The notes: generated by a model from the sequence alone, not told the origin. Shown: positions 1 to 15,939, numbered from the stretch's first letter. The stretch: DNA of 47,529 nucleotides from Pseudothermotoga sp. (GCA_031962025.1 JAVRKW010000012.1); one strand, 5' to 3'. Translations and numbers: made by a program.

Positions 1-199
1 ATAACGGACAGGTTGGAATAGTTTATGGGTTAAGGAGTACAGGATATTTTGACATAAGGACTTTGGCTGGTGAGAAGATACATTCGTCGGTAAAATGGAC
101 AAACTTACGGCTTTTAGAGAAAGCAAGAACATTGATGTTAGAAAGGAGGGAACAGCACATTCTCCATCTTATAGAAGACGGAGAGTGCGCTGAATGTTG
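1..199 (+). mobile_element. End of an IscB-encoding IS200/IS605-family element (partial)
   Basis: Subterminal hairpin CAGCACATTCTCCATCTT-ATAG-AAGACGGAGAGTGCGCTG (153-192). Boundary inferred where homology with the two other copies stops, just after the shared ATGAA (200-204). No terminal inverted repeat seen. Confidence 0.7.
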
Positions 200-200
200 A
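3..200 (+). CDS. iscB: 3' end (partial) of IscB-like RNA-guided endonuclease (IS200/IS605 OMEGA, RRXRR/HNH family)
   Basis: My translation of frame +3: NGQVGIVYGLRSTGYFDIRTLAGEKIHSSVKWTNLRLLEKARTLMLERREQHILHLIEDGECAEC*. This matches from memory the typical IscB tail (G.R.SGYFD.R.L.G.KI....LLEK...L.ERR). Not in the ORF track because the start is outside the window. The stop TGA (198-200) uses the first base of the flanking ATGAA. Confidence 0.75.
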   Translation, partial: NGQVGIVYGLRSTGYFDIRTLAGEKIHSSVKWTNLRLLEKARTLMLERREQHILHLIEDGECAEC

Positions 201-378
201 TGAATTTATCATTAATCTTGATTCTAAACCCGTTATGTTTTGCTTCTTTTTTTAATAAGCTCAGAAATTTGCTTTTAGATTTGCTCAGTAGGTTTTCTTT
301 GAATTCAGCCTTTAGGAATTGAGTTTTTCGCTTCTATGTGGTATGACTTACCGGTAGGGATTGTTCTCAAATATCCTA

Positions 379-410
379 GCAGAGATCTTTTACTGCAGAG
401 ATCTTTTACT
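379..410. repeat. Perfect 16-bp tandem duplication
   Basis: GCAGAGATCTTTTACT at 379-394 and 395-410. Confidence 0.9.
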
Positions 411-562
411 CCATTAAATGGAATGTGCTTTCTGGCTGATTTACTGTAATTTTTTTATAAAGTGGGTCTTTCATTATACTAAAGTAGAAGCCAAGAAGAT
501 ACTGAAAGGATTAAAAAATGGGTTGTTTTTCGCCGGATGGGAAAGATCGTTCAGGGAGAAAA

Positions 563-638
563 TGGCTCCGGCGGAGGGACTCGAACCCCCAACCTAGTGG
601 TTAACAGCCACCCGCTCTACCGGTTGAGCTACGCCGGA
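563..638 (-). tRNA. tRNA-Asn (GTT)
   Basis: Reverse complement TCCGGCGTAGCTCAACCGGTAGAGCGGGTGGCTGTTAACCACTAGGTTGGGGGTTCGAGTCCCTCCGCCGGAGCCA: cloverleaf, GTT anticodon, TTCGA T-loop, encoded CCA. Confidence 0.97.
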
Positions 639-654
639 ACATTTTCTGAAATTA

Positions 655-682
655 ATTCTATCAAAGCTCTGATACTTTTCAA
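655..682 (-). promoter_or_regulatory. Putative sigma70 promoter for tRNA-Asn
   Basis: TTGAAA-16 nt-TAGAAT on the minus strand just upstream of the tRNA. Confidence 0.45.
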
Positions 683-718
683 GTGTCCAGTAGGTGAATA
701 AAATATTAAACTGTATAC

Positions 719-1071
719 TCAAAAGAACTTTGAAATACTTTGAATCAACCAGATGACCACAAATGTCCAGATAATCACAATGATCAATGTCACTGTGTTG
801 AATCTTTTAGTCAATTTTGTCTGTTGAACTTTTGCTTTGTATTCTTCTAACACCTCTCTTGGTATAGATTTTAACGCCATGCCGATCAGCGCAGGTACGA
901 TCAGAAGATCATCTAATTGACCCAGAATTGGTATGAAATCAGGTATCAAATCCACCGGGCTGAGCACATATCCCACCGCAATGCTTATGAGAATTTTCGA
1001 TCTTTTTGGAACACGCCTGTCTTTGCGCATCAGATATAGGGCTTTAATTGTCAAATTCAGCTCAGAGAATT

Positions 1072-1075
<4 letters not shown>
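719..1075 (-). CDS. YkvA/DUF1232 family membrane protein
   Basis: Motif YVLSPVDLIPDFIPILGQLDD; ATGA overlap with rex. Confidence 0.9.
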
Positions 1076-7210
<6,135 letters not shown>

Positions 7211-7211
7211 A

Positions 7212-8813
7212 TCATTCCTCCATGAATTTTCGAAGCTCCACAAAATGACTCTTCGTTTCGGCGATGGACTCTCCAAGAAGGCCTGCTATTTCCTGTGCGA
7301 TTCTCATCTGCTTTGATAGCATCTCTTCGATTTTGTTGAGTGTCTCCTGCTTTATGTTTTTCAGTTTTTCTTCCTGCTGTTTTTCCTTTGTCATGTCAAC
7401 CAGCAGTAAGACATCGCTTGAGTCCTGAGGCAGTTTGAAGGTTTTCACGAAGAAGAAACCTTTTTCTCTGATTTCATAGATCTGATTGGGATGGGATGCT
7501 ATTTGTTTGAGAAAATCACTCAGGTTCTGTTGCGGTATATCCCAAATTAGCTGTTCGGCGGCTCTGTTTTTGTAAAGGATAGAGCCGTTTTTGTATATGA
7601 TGATTGCGTTGGGTGATTCTTCAACGACTCTGTTTGTAGCGGATTTTAATTTATCAACAAGATACGTCACGCACATTTCCTTTTCCGCTCTTTTGAGAAC
7701 AACGGCGGCTGCTTTTTCTGTGCAGGTTTCATATCCACAGGCACTGCAATTCAATTGTTTTTTGGGATCGTCTTTACCAAGAGACTTCAAGACATTCTGA
7801 ACCTGATCAGGATCAACATGTGCTGGTGCGTGTTTATTGGAAAATGTTCTTGAAAGATTGATTTGATGATATGTGATGTCGATGCTTTTTTCTAACAGGT
7901 TCATTTTCTGAATGTGGTTCAAAATTCTTCTTCTTTTTTCGAGTATGCTGATGTCTTTTCTGATAGCCGGACCGTTGATACAACCACCGACACATGCCGA
8001 TGCTTCGATGAAAAATCCATCACCTATTGTTTCTATCTGTGAAAAAATCCTTGCGATATTCTCTGGTCCTTCTACTGAAATGTAGTTTTTCCATTCACCA
8101 TTCACGGTGTAATTTATTCCACCGGATGCAGGATACATTCGCGCTCTATTCGGGTAGGGTGGTGTGGGAAATTCATCTGTTAATTCATCAAGTCCAAAAT
8201 CGTTGCTTTTCAAAAATTCATCGAATTCCTCAAAGGTCATCACTATGTCTGTTTTTGTCTGTTCGCTTTTTTTTGCTATGCATGGTCCAAGGAAAACCAC
8301 GGGGAAATCACCGTAGCGATCTTTCATGAACAACGAATGTGCAGCCATCGGTGAGATGTACGGTGCAAGATAACTCAATGCTTGTGGATAATGTTTTTCT
8401 GCCAGATTCACCACGACAGGGCAGGCAGTTGTGATAACACTCCTTTTTTTTGAAAAGTCTCTGGCATACTCTTTGGAGACTAATTCAGCTCCAACGGCGG
8501 TTTCCTGTACAACAACGGCACCGAGCTTTTTCAAAAGAAAGATGACTTTGTAAGGCTGGTCGTAATGTGCAAAAAAAGATGGTGCAACGGACACAAGAAA
8601 AGGTTTGCCTATTAATTGCTGAAACTGCCCGGTATGCTTTAAATAGCTCTTTGCCTTTTGCGGACAAACCAGAACGCAGGTTCCACATTCTATGCATTCC
8701 TGTTCGATTACGCTTGTTTTGCCATCGCTGAAGCTGAGAGATTTGACAGGACAGTTTCTCAAACATTTGTAGCAATATATGCAGCTTGCTTCATTTGAGA
8801 TGATTGTGCTCAT
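7212..8813 (-). CDS. hydS: Putative sensory (group C) [FeFe]-hydrogenase with C-terminal PAS-like domain
   Basis: 2x[4Fe-4S], variant H-cluster motifs TTACP, GPCIAKKSE and EASACVGGCINGP, extra CSACGYETC FeS site, PAS-like region and coiled coil. Confidence 0.88.
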   Translation of the reverse strand: MSTIISNEASCIYCYKCLRNCPVKSLSFSDGKTSVIEQECIECGTCVLVCPQKAKSYLKHTGQFQQLIGKPFLVSVAPSFFAHYDQPYKVIFLLKKLGAVVVQETAVGAELVSKEYARDFSKKRSVITTACPVVVNLAEKHYPQALSYLAPYISPMAAHSLFMKDRYGDFPVVFLGPCIAKKSEQTKTDIVMTFEEFDEFLKSNDFGLDELTDEFPTPPYPNRARMYPASGGINYTVNGEWKNYISVEGPENIARIFSQIETIGDGFFIEASACVGGCINGPAIRKDISILEKRRRILNHIQKMNLLEKSIDITYHQINLSRTFSNKHAPAHVDPDQVQNVLKSLGKDDPKKQLNCSACGYETCTEKAAAVVLKRAEKEMCVTYLVDKLKSATNRVVEESPNAIIIYKNGSILYKNRAAEQLIWDIPQQNLSDFLKQIASHPNQIYEIREKGFFFVKTFKLPQDSSDVLLLVDMTKEKQQEEKLKNIKQETLNKIEEMLSKQMRIAQEIAGLLGESIAETKSHFVELRKFMEE

Positions 8814-9033
8814 TTTTCGCCTCCAGAACGATCTGTTCTATATTTCTCGGGTTAACCTGTTTGTAGAGCTTTCCGTCTATTTCAACGCACACGCCTTCAG
8901 AGCAATTACCAAAACACAGAGAACCGTAGATACAGATGTCTGGATAGAGCTTCCTTAACTCTTCCAGTTTCTGAACCACTCTGTATGAATCTTTCAAATG
9001 ACAGGAACTTCCCATACAGACTTTGATTAACAT
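8791..9033 (-). CDS. Small thioredoxin-like [2Fe-2S] ferredoxin (NuoE-like)
   Basis: VCMGSSCH...CFGNC; start ATG 9033. Confidence 0.85.
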   Translation of the reverse strand: MLIKVCMGSSCHLKDSYRVVQKLEELRKLYPDICIYGSLCFGNCSEGVCVEIDGKLYKQVNPRNIEQIVLEAKNEHNHLK

Positions 9034-9059
9034 ACAACCACCCAATCGTGATATTTTTA

Positions 9060-9077
9060 TCGTTATATATTTCACAA
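9060..9077 (-). promoter_or_regulatory. Putative Rex operator of the hydrogenase operon
   Basis: TTGTGAAATATATAACGA vs consensus TTGTGAA-N4-TTCACAA, immediately downstream of the -10 box; rex is in the same operon. Confidence 0.7.
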
Positions 9078-9079
9078 TA

Positions 9080-9109
9080 ATCTTACCATGCTTTTTTATC
9101 TTCTGTCAA
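9080..9109 (-). promoter_or_regulatory. sigma70 promoter of the hydrogenase operon
   Basis: TTGACA (9104-9109)-18 nt-TAAGAT (9080-9085) with extended -10 TG. Confidence 0.7.
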
Positions 9110-9224
9110 TGAAAGCCATTCAACGAAACATAAGAGCCGATTAACTGGCGATTACAGCTTGGTGAATTCAAAAAGGTGTGTTTAAAACCAGGAGTTGTTA
9201 ATATAAACTGATTGTGGTGATAAA

Positions 9225-10403
9225 ATGCGATGGAAAGAGCTTGACACAGATGTGAGAAAATATCTGCTGTTTTACAGCATAGCCGGTTTTTCTTTTTCTT
9301 CGATTATTGCCGTGCCAACTCTTGGTAGATTGATGAACATCCCGATGGAGAATCTGGGATGGTTATTCAGTATCTCTTACGTTGTGCAGGCAGTTTTGAC
9401 TTATATATTTGGCAAGAGATTTGAACAAATGTCGGTTAACTACGGATTGTTTTTTGCAAGAACATTTTTTGCCGTTGGGTCTTTGATCTTTGCGATCTCA
9501 ACTGGTCTGTGGACTTTCGCGGTTGCCCAGATGTTTTTGAGCCTTACCGATATTTTCTACCCCTGTCAGGTTATGTATGAAAGGGCGATTTTCACACCAA
9601 AACACAGAGAAGCGATATACTCGTTTGAGTTTTTCATGACGGAGTTTTTGAAGACCGTATCTTATTTTGTTTTTGTCTTTTTGCTCGCTCCTTTCATGAC
9701 CGGACAGAGTTTTTTGAGAATAGTGTTTTTCATGGTTTTTTGTTTGAACATTTTCTATGCCTTTTCCTATTTGAAAATACTGCCGAAAATAGACAGCGGG
9801 ATGAAAATACCTCAGGGTCATGTGGTAGCAAGTACGAATCTTGGCACATTTCTTTCAATCATGTTTCACCAGTATCTGTGCAACATTGCTTTCAATTTTG
9901 CGAGTTTTCTTGTGATCTCTTATTATCTCATCGACTGCTTCAAACTGAGCGGTTCTTCGCCATTTCTGTTTGAAATGGTTTTCTCGGCTTCTGTGGCTTC
10001 ATCGATCTTGTGGAAGAAATTTGTCAAAAACCATCCGTCGATGAATCTGGTAGTGGGTATTTCATTGATCATTTTATCTTTCGCACTGTGGATGATTGAG
10101 AATGTGTATTTGTTTTTCATCTCTCATGTGATCATGGGGATAGGTTTCATCTTTTGGTTTCCAGCAAAGGAAACCATAAAAATTCACATAGCACCAAGAG
10201 AGCTTGGCAGATGGGAAGGTTTCTTTCAGGGTTTGAATATCTTTAGTAGAATCTTCATACCTGTGATTTCTGCTTACGTTGCCACGAAAATAGGCTACAA
10301 GTGGGTATTTGCTGTGTCTGCAGTTCTGGCAACGTTTAGTCTGATTGTCTCTCTACCGGCTTTGATCTGGATGAAGAAAAACTACGGTGCCACCAGAGTT
10401 TGA
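9225..10403 (+). CDS. MFS transporter
   Basis: 392 aa with about 12 hydrophobic segments and an MFS-like C-half (ELGRWEGFFQ). Confidence 0.8.
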   Translation: MRWKELDTDVRKYLLFYSIAGFSFSSIIAVPTLGRLMNIPMENLGWLFSISYVVQAVLTYIFGKRFEQMSVNYGLFFARTFFAVGSLIFAISTGLWTFAVAQMFLSLTDIFYPCQVMYERAIFTPKHREAIYSFEFFMTEFLKTVSYFVFVFLLAPFMTGQSFLRIVFFMVFCLNIFYAFSYLKILPKIDSGMKIPQGHVVASTNLGTFLSIMFHQYLCNIAFNFASFLVISYYLIDCFKLSGSSPFLFEMVFSASVASSILWKKFVKNHPSMNLVVGISLIILSFALWMIENVYLFFISHVIMGIGFIFWFPAKETIKIHIAPRELGRWEGFFQGLNIFSRIFIPVISAYVATKIGYKWVFAVSAVLATFSLIVSLPALIWMKKNYGATRV

Positions 10404-10433
10404 GACAGTTTAAATCAACTCTCATTTGTGGGA

Positions 10434-11210
10434 TTACAGGGATGTCAAACCAAACAGTTCTTTTGCATTTTCTATGATCTTATTTGAGATCTTGACTGGA
10501 TCTTCGTTCAAAATTGCTGAAATTTCGTTCACCACAAATCTCACATAGGACGGTTCGTTTCTCTTGCCCCTGAATTGCTGTGGGGGTAAATATGGGCAGT
10601 CAGTTTCCGTAACGATATTTTCTATACCAACAGCTCTCACAACGTTTTTCAGCGAGATGTTTTTTGGGTAAGTTAACGGTCCACCGATACCTATAAAACA
10701 GCCAAGCTCGATGAATTTCAAAGCCCAGGTGGTATCAGAAGAAAAGGCGTGAATCACTCCACCTGCAGGCGGTAGACCAATCTGGGAAAGTATTTCATAC
10801 GCATCTTCATAGGCATCCCTTATGTGGATTATCACGGCAAGATCGAGCTCCCTGGCGAGCAGTAGCTGCTCACGAAAGACCCTTTTCTGGTCTTCTTTGG
10901 ATGAGAAATTTCTGAAATAATCCAGTCCTGTTTCTCCAATTGCGACAACCTTTGGATTTTCTGCCAGTTCTCTTAATTTCTCTATGTAGTCTTTTTCGAC
11001 TTTACCTGCTTCGTGCGGATGAACGCCCACAGAACAAAAGATATTTTTGAATCTTTTAGCAAGTTTCAGCGATTCTATAGAATCTTTGACATCTATTCCA
11101 ACGTTGATCACAAATTCCACACCATCAGCCGCAAATCTGTCGATCAAAGATACCAGATCATTTTTAAATTGAGGAAAATGCAGATGAGCATGTGTGTCAA
11201 CTATTCTCAT
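10434..11210 (-). CDS. tatD: TatD family hydrolase/nuclease
   Basis: DTHAHL, GVHPH, AIGETGLDY and ETDCPYL; real start ATG 11210. Confidence 0.93.
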   Translation of the reverse strand: MRIVDTHAHLHFPQFKNDLVSLIDRFAADGVEFVINVGIDVKDSIESLKLAKRFKNIFCSVGVHPHEAGKVEKDYIEKLRELAENPKVVAIGETGLDYFRNFSSKEDQKRVFREQLLLARELDLAVIIHIRDAYEDAYEILSQIGLPPAGGVIHAFSSDTTWALKFIELGCFIGIGGPLTYPKNISLKNVVRAVGIENIVTETDCPYLPPQQFRGKRNEPSYVRFVVNEISAILNEDPVKISNKIIENAKELFGLTSL

Positions 11211-11334
11211 AATTTTCTCCTTTCGAAAATGATATATTCTTTTTGGAAATGTCACTATCAAAATTTTATCACAGCACAAAACTGGGGGAAGGCATCTGTC
11301 TGGCTGGATTAGAAAAAGATGGGTCGCGGTTTTT

Positions 11335-13293
11335 TTGATGATTGTTCTGGGTTTTCTATCTTTCTGGCAGCTCAGGAATTTGAAAATAGGCGGGTATTTC
11401 AAGTCCCAGATACCAGATCAGTCGCGTTATGTTCAGGCTGAAAGAGATATATCGAGCTCTTTTGCGATAAAAGATCTTCTGTTGATAGCGACACCATTTG
11501 AGGACAGAACCAGGGTGAATGAAGTTGCCGCGATTGTAAGAAGTATAAAAGGTGTTTCACTTGTGATAAACCCTCTGGAGTTTCCTTTCACAGTTTCAGA
11601 TAAAACGACTTTTGCGCAGCAGCTTGGTCTTGTGGGCAAATACAAAGGAAAAGACTATGCGATTCTGATAGCAATGATATCTTCACAGCCTGAAAAGACT
11701 TCTATTGAGATCTCACGACTTGTTAGAAAATACGGTGCGGCGCTTTTTGGTAACTCATTTATAACTGCAAAATCCCTTGAATATATAGAATTTATTTTGA
11801 AATACCTTTCACCAATTGCAATCTGTGTTATATTCCTGATATTCTACGTGAGTCTGAGAAACTTTTGGGCGGCACTTCTTTCTTTCTTACCGAGCTTTTT
11901 GGCAACAGTGTACATGCTTGGAATATACAGTGCCTTTGGTAAGACTATCACCCTTGAAAATGTGTTGATGCCTTTCATCACACTGGTTATGGGAAGCTCA
12001 GCAGGACTTCATTACATGTCACATTATCTTTCCACAAAAGACTCTAACTGTTTTGAAAGGGCAAATAAAGCGCTGAAGGACACTTTCATACCGCTTCTCA
12101 TGACTACTTCAACAACTGTTGTGGGATTTGTTTCGCTGTGTTTTACTTCCTCTCCTGTGATGATCGAGCTTGGTTTATCGGGTGCATATGGAGTGGGAAT
12201 GGCAGGTTTTACTACTTTTATCTTTCTTCCACCGATTGCAACTTTTCTGAAGTATCACAGGGTGCAGTTTGGCAAAGATAAGATTGCCAGCTATTTTGTC
12301 AGGTACAGAAAGATGAATCTGATAATTCTTGTTAGTGTGTCGGTGTTTTTATGCCTTTTTGTTTTTAATGTCAAACAGGAATTTCACGTGTTGATGTTTT
12401 TTAGAAAGTCTTCCAGGGTCATGGAAGGTTTGAGAATTTTGGAGAGTATATCCCAGGTGAATATACCAATCATGGTCAAGGTGAACATGGATGTAGATCC
12501 ACTATCAAAACAAGGTATTGAAATGATGGAAAAGGTCAGAGAAAGTGCTTTGAAGTACGCTCGCCGCACTCTGTCAATCTTAGAGATCAACGAAATGATT
12601 CCACCGCTTTTTAGAAGTGTTGTTTCATTCGTATTGCCACAGGGGACCTTTGTCAACCGCTCAAACAAAAGTGCCCTGATGCTTGTTTTTTTGAAAGATT
12701 TTTCTAAAAAAACTCATTATGATCTTGAGAATACTTTGAGATCTCTTTCATTTGAAGGGTTGAAACAAATATCTGTTACTGGTGAAAATTACAAATACCT
12801 GCAGATGAACGATGAAATTCTGTCAAATCAGAGATTTAGCATATTTTTTGCGATCGTGTTGATCACTTTGATGATGGTTTTAATGCTAAAAGACATCAAA
12901 CTCGGTTTGATGAGTATGGTACCGATTGTTCTGAGTATTGTGAATATTTACGGTCTACTTGGATTGTTTGACATACCGCTCAACGTCATCAGTTGCTATA
13001 TCATGAACATAGCCCTTGGTGCAGGTATAGACTATGCCATACATTTCACATATACCTACAAGACGGTGCAAAAGGCATCGCTCGTTAATACCTTGAATGT
13101 GACAGCAAGACCAATAATAGCCAATGCACTTGGCGTTGGAATAGGTTTCTGCGTTCTTTTGTTCTCACCGATGAGAGTTCATGTTCACATAGCCGTCTTG
13201 ATGCTCATGGCAATGGTCATGTCTTCTTTCTACACGCTGTTCTGGATGTGTGGAATTATGAGATGTGATAAAGCTAAAAGATCTTTAAATTAG
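11335..13293 (+). CDS. MMPL/RND family membrane transporter
   Basis: Two repeats of TM bundle plus soluble loop; GAGIDYAIH motif; start may lie further upstream. Confidence 0.85.
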   Translation: MMIVLGFLSFWQLRNLKIGGYFKSQIPDQSRYVQAERDISSSFAIKDLLLIATPFEDRTRVNEVAAIVRSIKGVSLVINPLEFPFTVSDKTTFAQQLGLVGKYKGKDYAILIAMISSQPEKTSIEISRLVRKYGAALFGNSFITAKSLEYIEFILKYLSPIAICVIFLIFYVSLRNFWAALLSFLPSFLATVYMLGIYSAFGKTITLENVLMPFITLVMGSSAGLHYMSHYLSTKDSNCFERANKALKDTFIPLLMTTSTTVVGFVSLCFTSSPVMIELGLSGAYGVGMAGFTTFIFLPPIATFLKYHRVQFGKDKIASYFVRYRKMNLIILVSVSVFLCLFVFNVKQEFHVLMFFRKSSRVMEGLRILESISQVNIPIMVKVNMDVDPLSKQGIEMMEKVRESALKYARRTLSILEINEMIPPLFRSVVSFVLPQGTFVNRSNKSALMLVFLKDFSKKTHYDLENTLRSLSFEGLKQISVTGENYKYLQMNDEILSNQRFSIFFAIVLITLMMVLMLKDIKLGLMSMVPIVLSIVNIYGLLGLFDIPLNVISCYIMNIALGAGIDYAIHFTYTYKTVQKASLVNTLNVTARPIIANALGVGIGFCVLLFSPMRVHVHIAVLMLMAMVMSSFYTLFWMCGIMRCDKAKRSLN

Positions 13294-13379
13294 ATAAAAC
13301 AACGTTCTTTAGCAACTATCAATTCAGTTTGCATTTTTTTGATAATCTGTTATATTTACAAGAGAAAGGAGGAACGAAA

Positions 13380-14300
13380 ATGAAAGCAAAGTTTGTGGTG
13401 ATATTTATTGCAATTGTGGTTTTTATTGTATATCTGATGACAGGGATTTATCAGGTTGATCCATCTCAGGTTGCACTGGTTAAAACCTTCGGCAAATACA
13501 GTCACACAGCAGGTCCTGGAATACACATTCACGCACCGTATCCTTTTCAAACGCATGTGATAGTTGATGTCCAGACAATCAGAAAACAGGAGATAGGTTT
13601 TAGAACAGTCAAACCCGGGCAGTATGTTCAAAAGAAAGAAGAAGTTCTAATACTGACGGGTGATGGAAACATAGTTTCGGTTGAAGCAGTTGTTCAATTT
13701 CGCGTGAATGATCCTGTGAAATTCGTTTTCAACGTTGAAAATCCCGAAGAGCTCGTGAAATTCACCGCTGAATCTGCTTTAAGAGAGATGATAGCCAAAA
13801 GAACTGTTGATGAAATTTTGACAGCGGAAAGAGACAAGGTGTCGTACGAAGTTCATCAGATAACACAGCAATTGCTGGATCAATACGATGTGGGAATAAC
13901 TGTCATAAATGTGCTGCTCCAGGAGGTTGTACCACCTCAGCCGGTTATCGCTGCCTTTGACGATGTGAACAACGCAAAGCAGGATAAAGAAAGGTATATA
14001 AATGAAGCACTCAAATACGCAAATAATCTCATACCTTCTGTGGAGGGTGAGGCAAGAAAGATAGTTTTAGAGGCGGAGGCTTATGCTCAGCAAAAAGTTC
14101 TTCAAGCTACAGGTGAGACGCAGAGGTTTTTGAGTATTTTAAAAGAGTACAAAACTGCTCCAAAGGTCACAGAGACACGATTAAAACTCGAGACACTCGA
14201 AGAAGTTCTGCCAAAGGCAAAGAGGATAATTCTGCTCGATGGTTCACAGAACATTACTTTACTCAATCTGGATAAGTTGATCGGTGGTGATGGAAAATGA
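13380..14300 (+). CDS. hflK: FtsH modulator HflK
   Basis: SPFH domain, LTGDGNIV, AAFDDVNNAKQD; ATG 13380 after AGGAGG. Confidence 0.92.
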   Translation: MKAKFVVIFIAIVVFIVYLMTGIYQVDPSQVALVKTFGKYSHTAGPGIHIHAPYPFQTHVIVDVQTIRKQEIGFRTVKPGQYVQKKEEVLILTGDGNIVSVEAVVQFRVNDPVKFVFNVENPEELVKFTAESALREMIAKRTVDEILTAERDKVSYEVHQITQQLLDQYDVGITVINVLLQEVVPPQPVIAAFDDVNNAKQDKERYINEALKYANNLIPSVEGEARKIVLEAEAYAQQKVLQATGETQRFLSILKEYKTAPKVTETRLKLETLEEVLPKAKRIILLDGSQNITLLNLDKLIGGDGK

Positions 14301-15142
14301 AGATGGTAATTTTGATAGGTATTCTCACCGTTGTTGTCATAGCGGCTGTTTTTGTGGGTTTGTCGTTTTTCATTGTTGATCAGACGCAGTATGCAATAGT
14401 TATCAGATTTGGAGAGATAAGAAGAATAATCTCAGAACCGGGTCTGTATGCACGCACACCTTTCGTGGACAACGTGGTCCGTTTCAGCAAGCGTTTTTAT
14501 ATCTACGATATACCCGTTGAGAAAATCATTACCCTGGACAAGAAAACGATGCTTGTTGATTCTTACGCCGTGTGGAGAATATCTGATCCAAAGAAATTCA
14601 TCGAGTCAGTTAGAACAGTTTCTTTAGCGCTTTCAAGGATCGATGACGTTGTCTATTCTGGCTTGAGAAATACGCTTGCAAAACTGGAGTTCGATGACAT
14701 CGTAACCGGTGAAAGAATGTATCTGAGTGATATCACAGAATTTTCTAAAAAGAACCTGCAGGATTTTGGCATAGAGATAAAAGATGTCAGGATCAAACAC
14801 ACAGATTTACCGGCTGAAAACCAGCAGGCGGTCTTTGAGAGAATGAAGTCTGAAAGGCAGAGTATTGCGGCTTTGATCAGAGCCGAGGGTCAAAAAGAAG
14901 CCCAGAAGATCCGTTCGGAAGCCGATAAAAAAGCGACTGTTTTAAAAGCAGAGGCTCCCAGTGAAGCTGAGAGAATAAAAGGTACAGGAGAGGCAAGTGC
15001 CACACGCATATACGCAGAAGCCTTTTCAAAGGACCAGGAGTTCTACAAACTTTTGAGAACACTTGACAGTTACAAAATGATCATTCCTGACAGCGTCGTT
15101 ATTATCGGAGAAGACATGAGTATACTCAATCAGATAAAGTGA
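14297..15142 (+). CDS. hflC: FtsH modulator HflC
   Basis: SPFH domain, VFERMKSER, FYKLLRTL. Confidence 0.92.
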   Translation: MKMVILIGILTVVVIAAVFVGLSFFIVDQTQYAIVIRFGEIRRIISEPGLYARTPFVDNVVRFSKRFYIYDIPVEKIITLDKKTMLVDSYAVWRISDPKKFIESVRTVSLALSRIDDVVYSGLRNTLAKLEFDDIVTGERMYLSDITEFSKKNLQDFGIEIKDVRIKHTDLPAENQQAVFERMKSERQSIAALIRAEGQKEAQKIRSEADKKATVLKAEAPSEAERIKGTGEASATRIYAEAFSKDQEFYKLLRTLDSYKMIIPDSVVIIGEDMSILNQIK

Positions 15143-15277
15143 AAAAGTTTCTCTGTTTTCGATGAAAATATGGGTTTGAGTCATTATATTAATATTGTAC
15201 GATATGTATCTGACAAAATGAAATAATATCTGGAAGTAAAATATAATTATGGTATACTTTACTTGGAGGTGATAAAG

Positions 15278-15910
15278 ATGGGTATACCACTATTAGGGGA
15301 AAAATTTCCACAGATGGAGGTACTCACCACACACGGTAAGAAGAAACTTCCAGATGATTATCAGGGAAAATGGTTGGTGCTTTTCAGCCATCCTGCAGAT
15401 TTCACACCTGTCTGTACGACTGAGTTTGTGGCGTTTCAGAAAAGGTACGACGAATTCAGAAAGCTTGGTGCTGAACTGATCGGTTTGAGCGTTGATCAGG
15501 TTTTCTCCCACATCAAATGGGTTGAGTGGATCAAGGAAAAGATCGGTGTACAGATCGAGTTTCCAATTATAGCAGACACTGGAAAGGTTGCGGAGATGCT
15601 TGGAATGGTGCATCCTGCAAAAGGCAGCAACACCGTCAGAGCTGTTTTTGTAATTGATCCCAACGGGTTTATTCGTACAATACTTTACTATCCGCAGGAA
15701 GTTGGAAGAAATATCGATGAAATTGTTAGAATCGTGAAGGCTTTCAAGGTGGCAGACGAAAACAAAGTAGCCATACCTGCAAACTGGCCAAATAATGAAT
15801 TGTTTAAAGACGAGGTAATAGTTCCACCACCAACGAGCATTCAGGATGCTTTGAAAAGGAAGGAACAATACGAATGCCTTGATTGGTGGCTGTGCCATAA
15901 AAAAGTTTGA
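15278..15910 (+). CDS. Peroxiredoxin (Prx6/archaeal-type AhpC)
   Basis: [16 protein letters not shown]-terminal CLDWWLC; ATG 15278. Confidence 0.93.
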   Translation: MGIPLLGEKFPQMEVLTTHGKKKLPDDYQGKWLVLFSHPADFTPVCTTEFVAFQKRYDEFRKLGAELIGLSVDQVFSHIKWVEWIKEKIGVQIEFPIIADTGKVAEMLGMVHPAKGSNTVRAVFVIDPNGFIRTILYYPQEVGRNIDEIVRIVKAFKVADENKVAIPANWPNNELFKDEVIVPPPTSIQDALKRKEQYECLDWWLCHKKV

Positions 15911-15916
15911 ACTGTA

Positions 15917-15939
15917 TACCCCCGACGGTGTCGGGGGTA
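15917..15939. other. GC-rich intergenic palindrome/hairpin
   Basis: TACCCCCGAC-GGT-GTCGGGGGTA, perfect 10-bp stem, no U-tract directly after it. Confidence 0.7.

Noticed and set aside
13364..13384. GAAAGGAGG followed by ATGAA before hflK as a fourth IS-end copy
   Set aside because: No hairpin or GTTG end; ordinary SD at normal 7-nt spacing.
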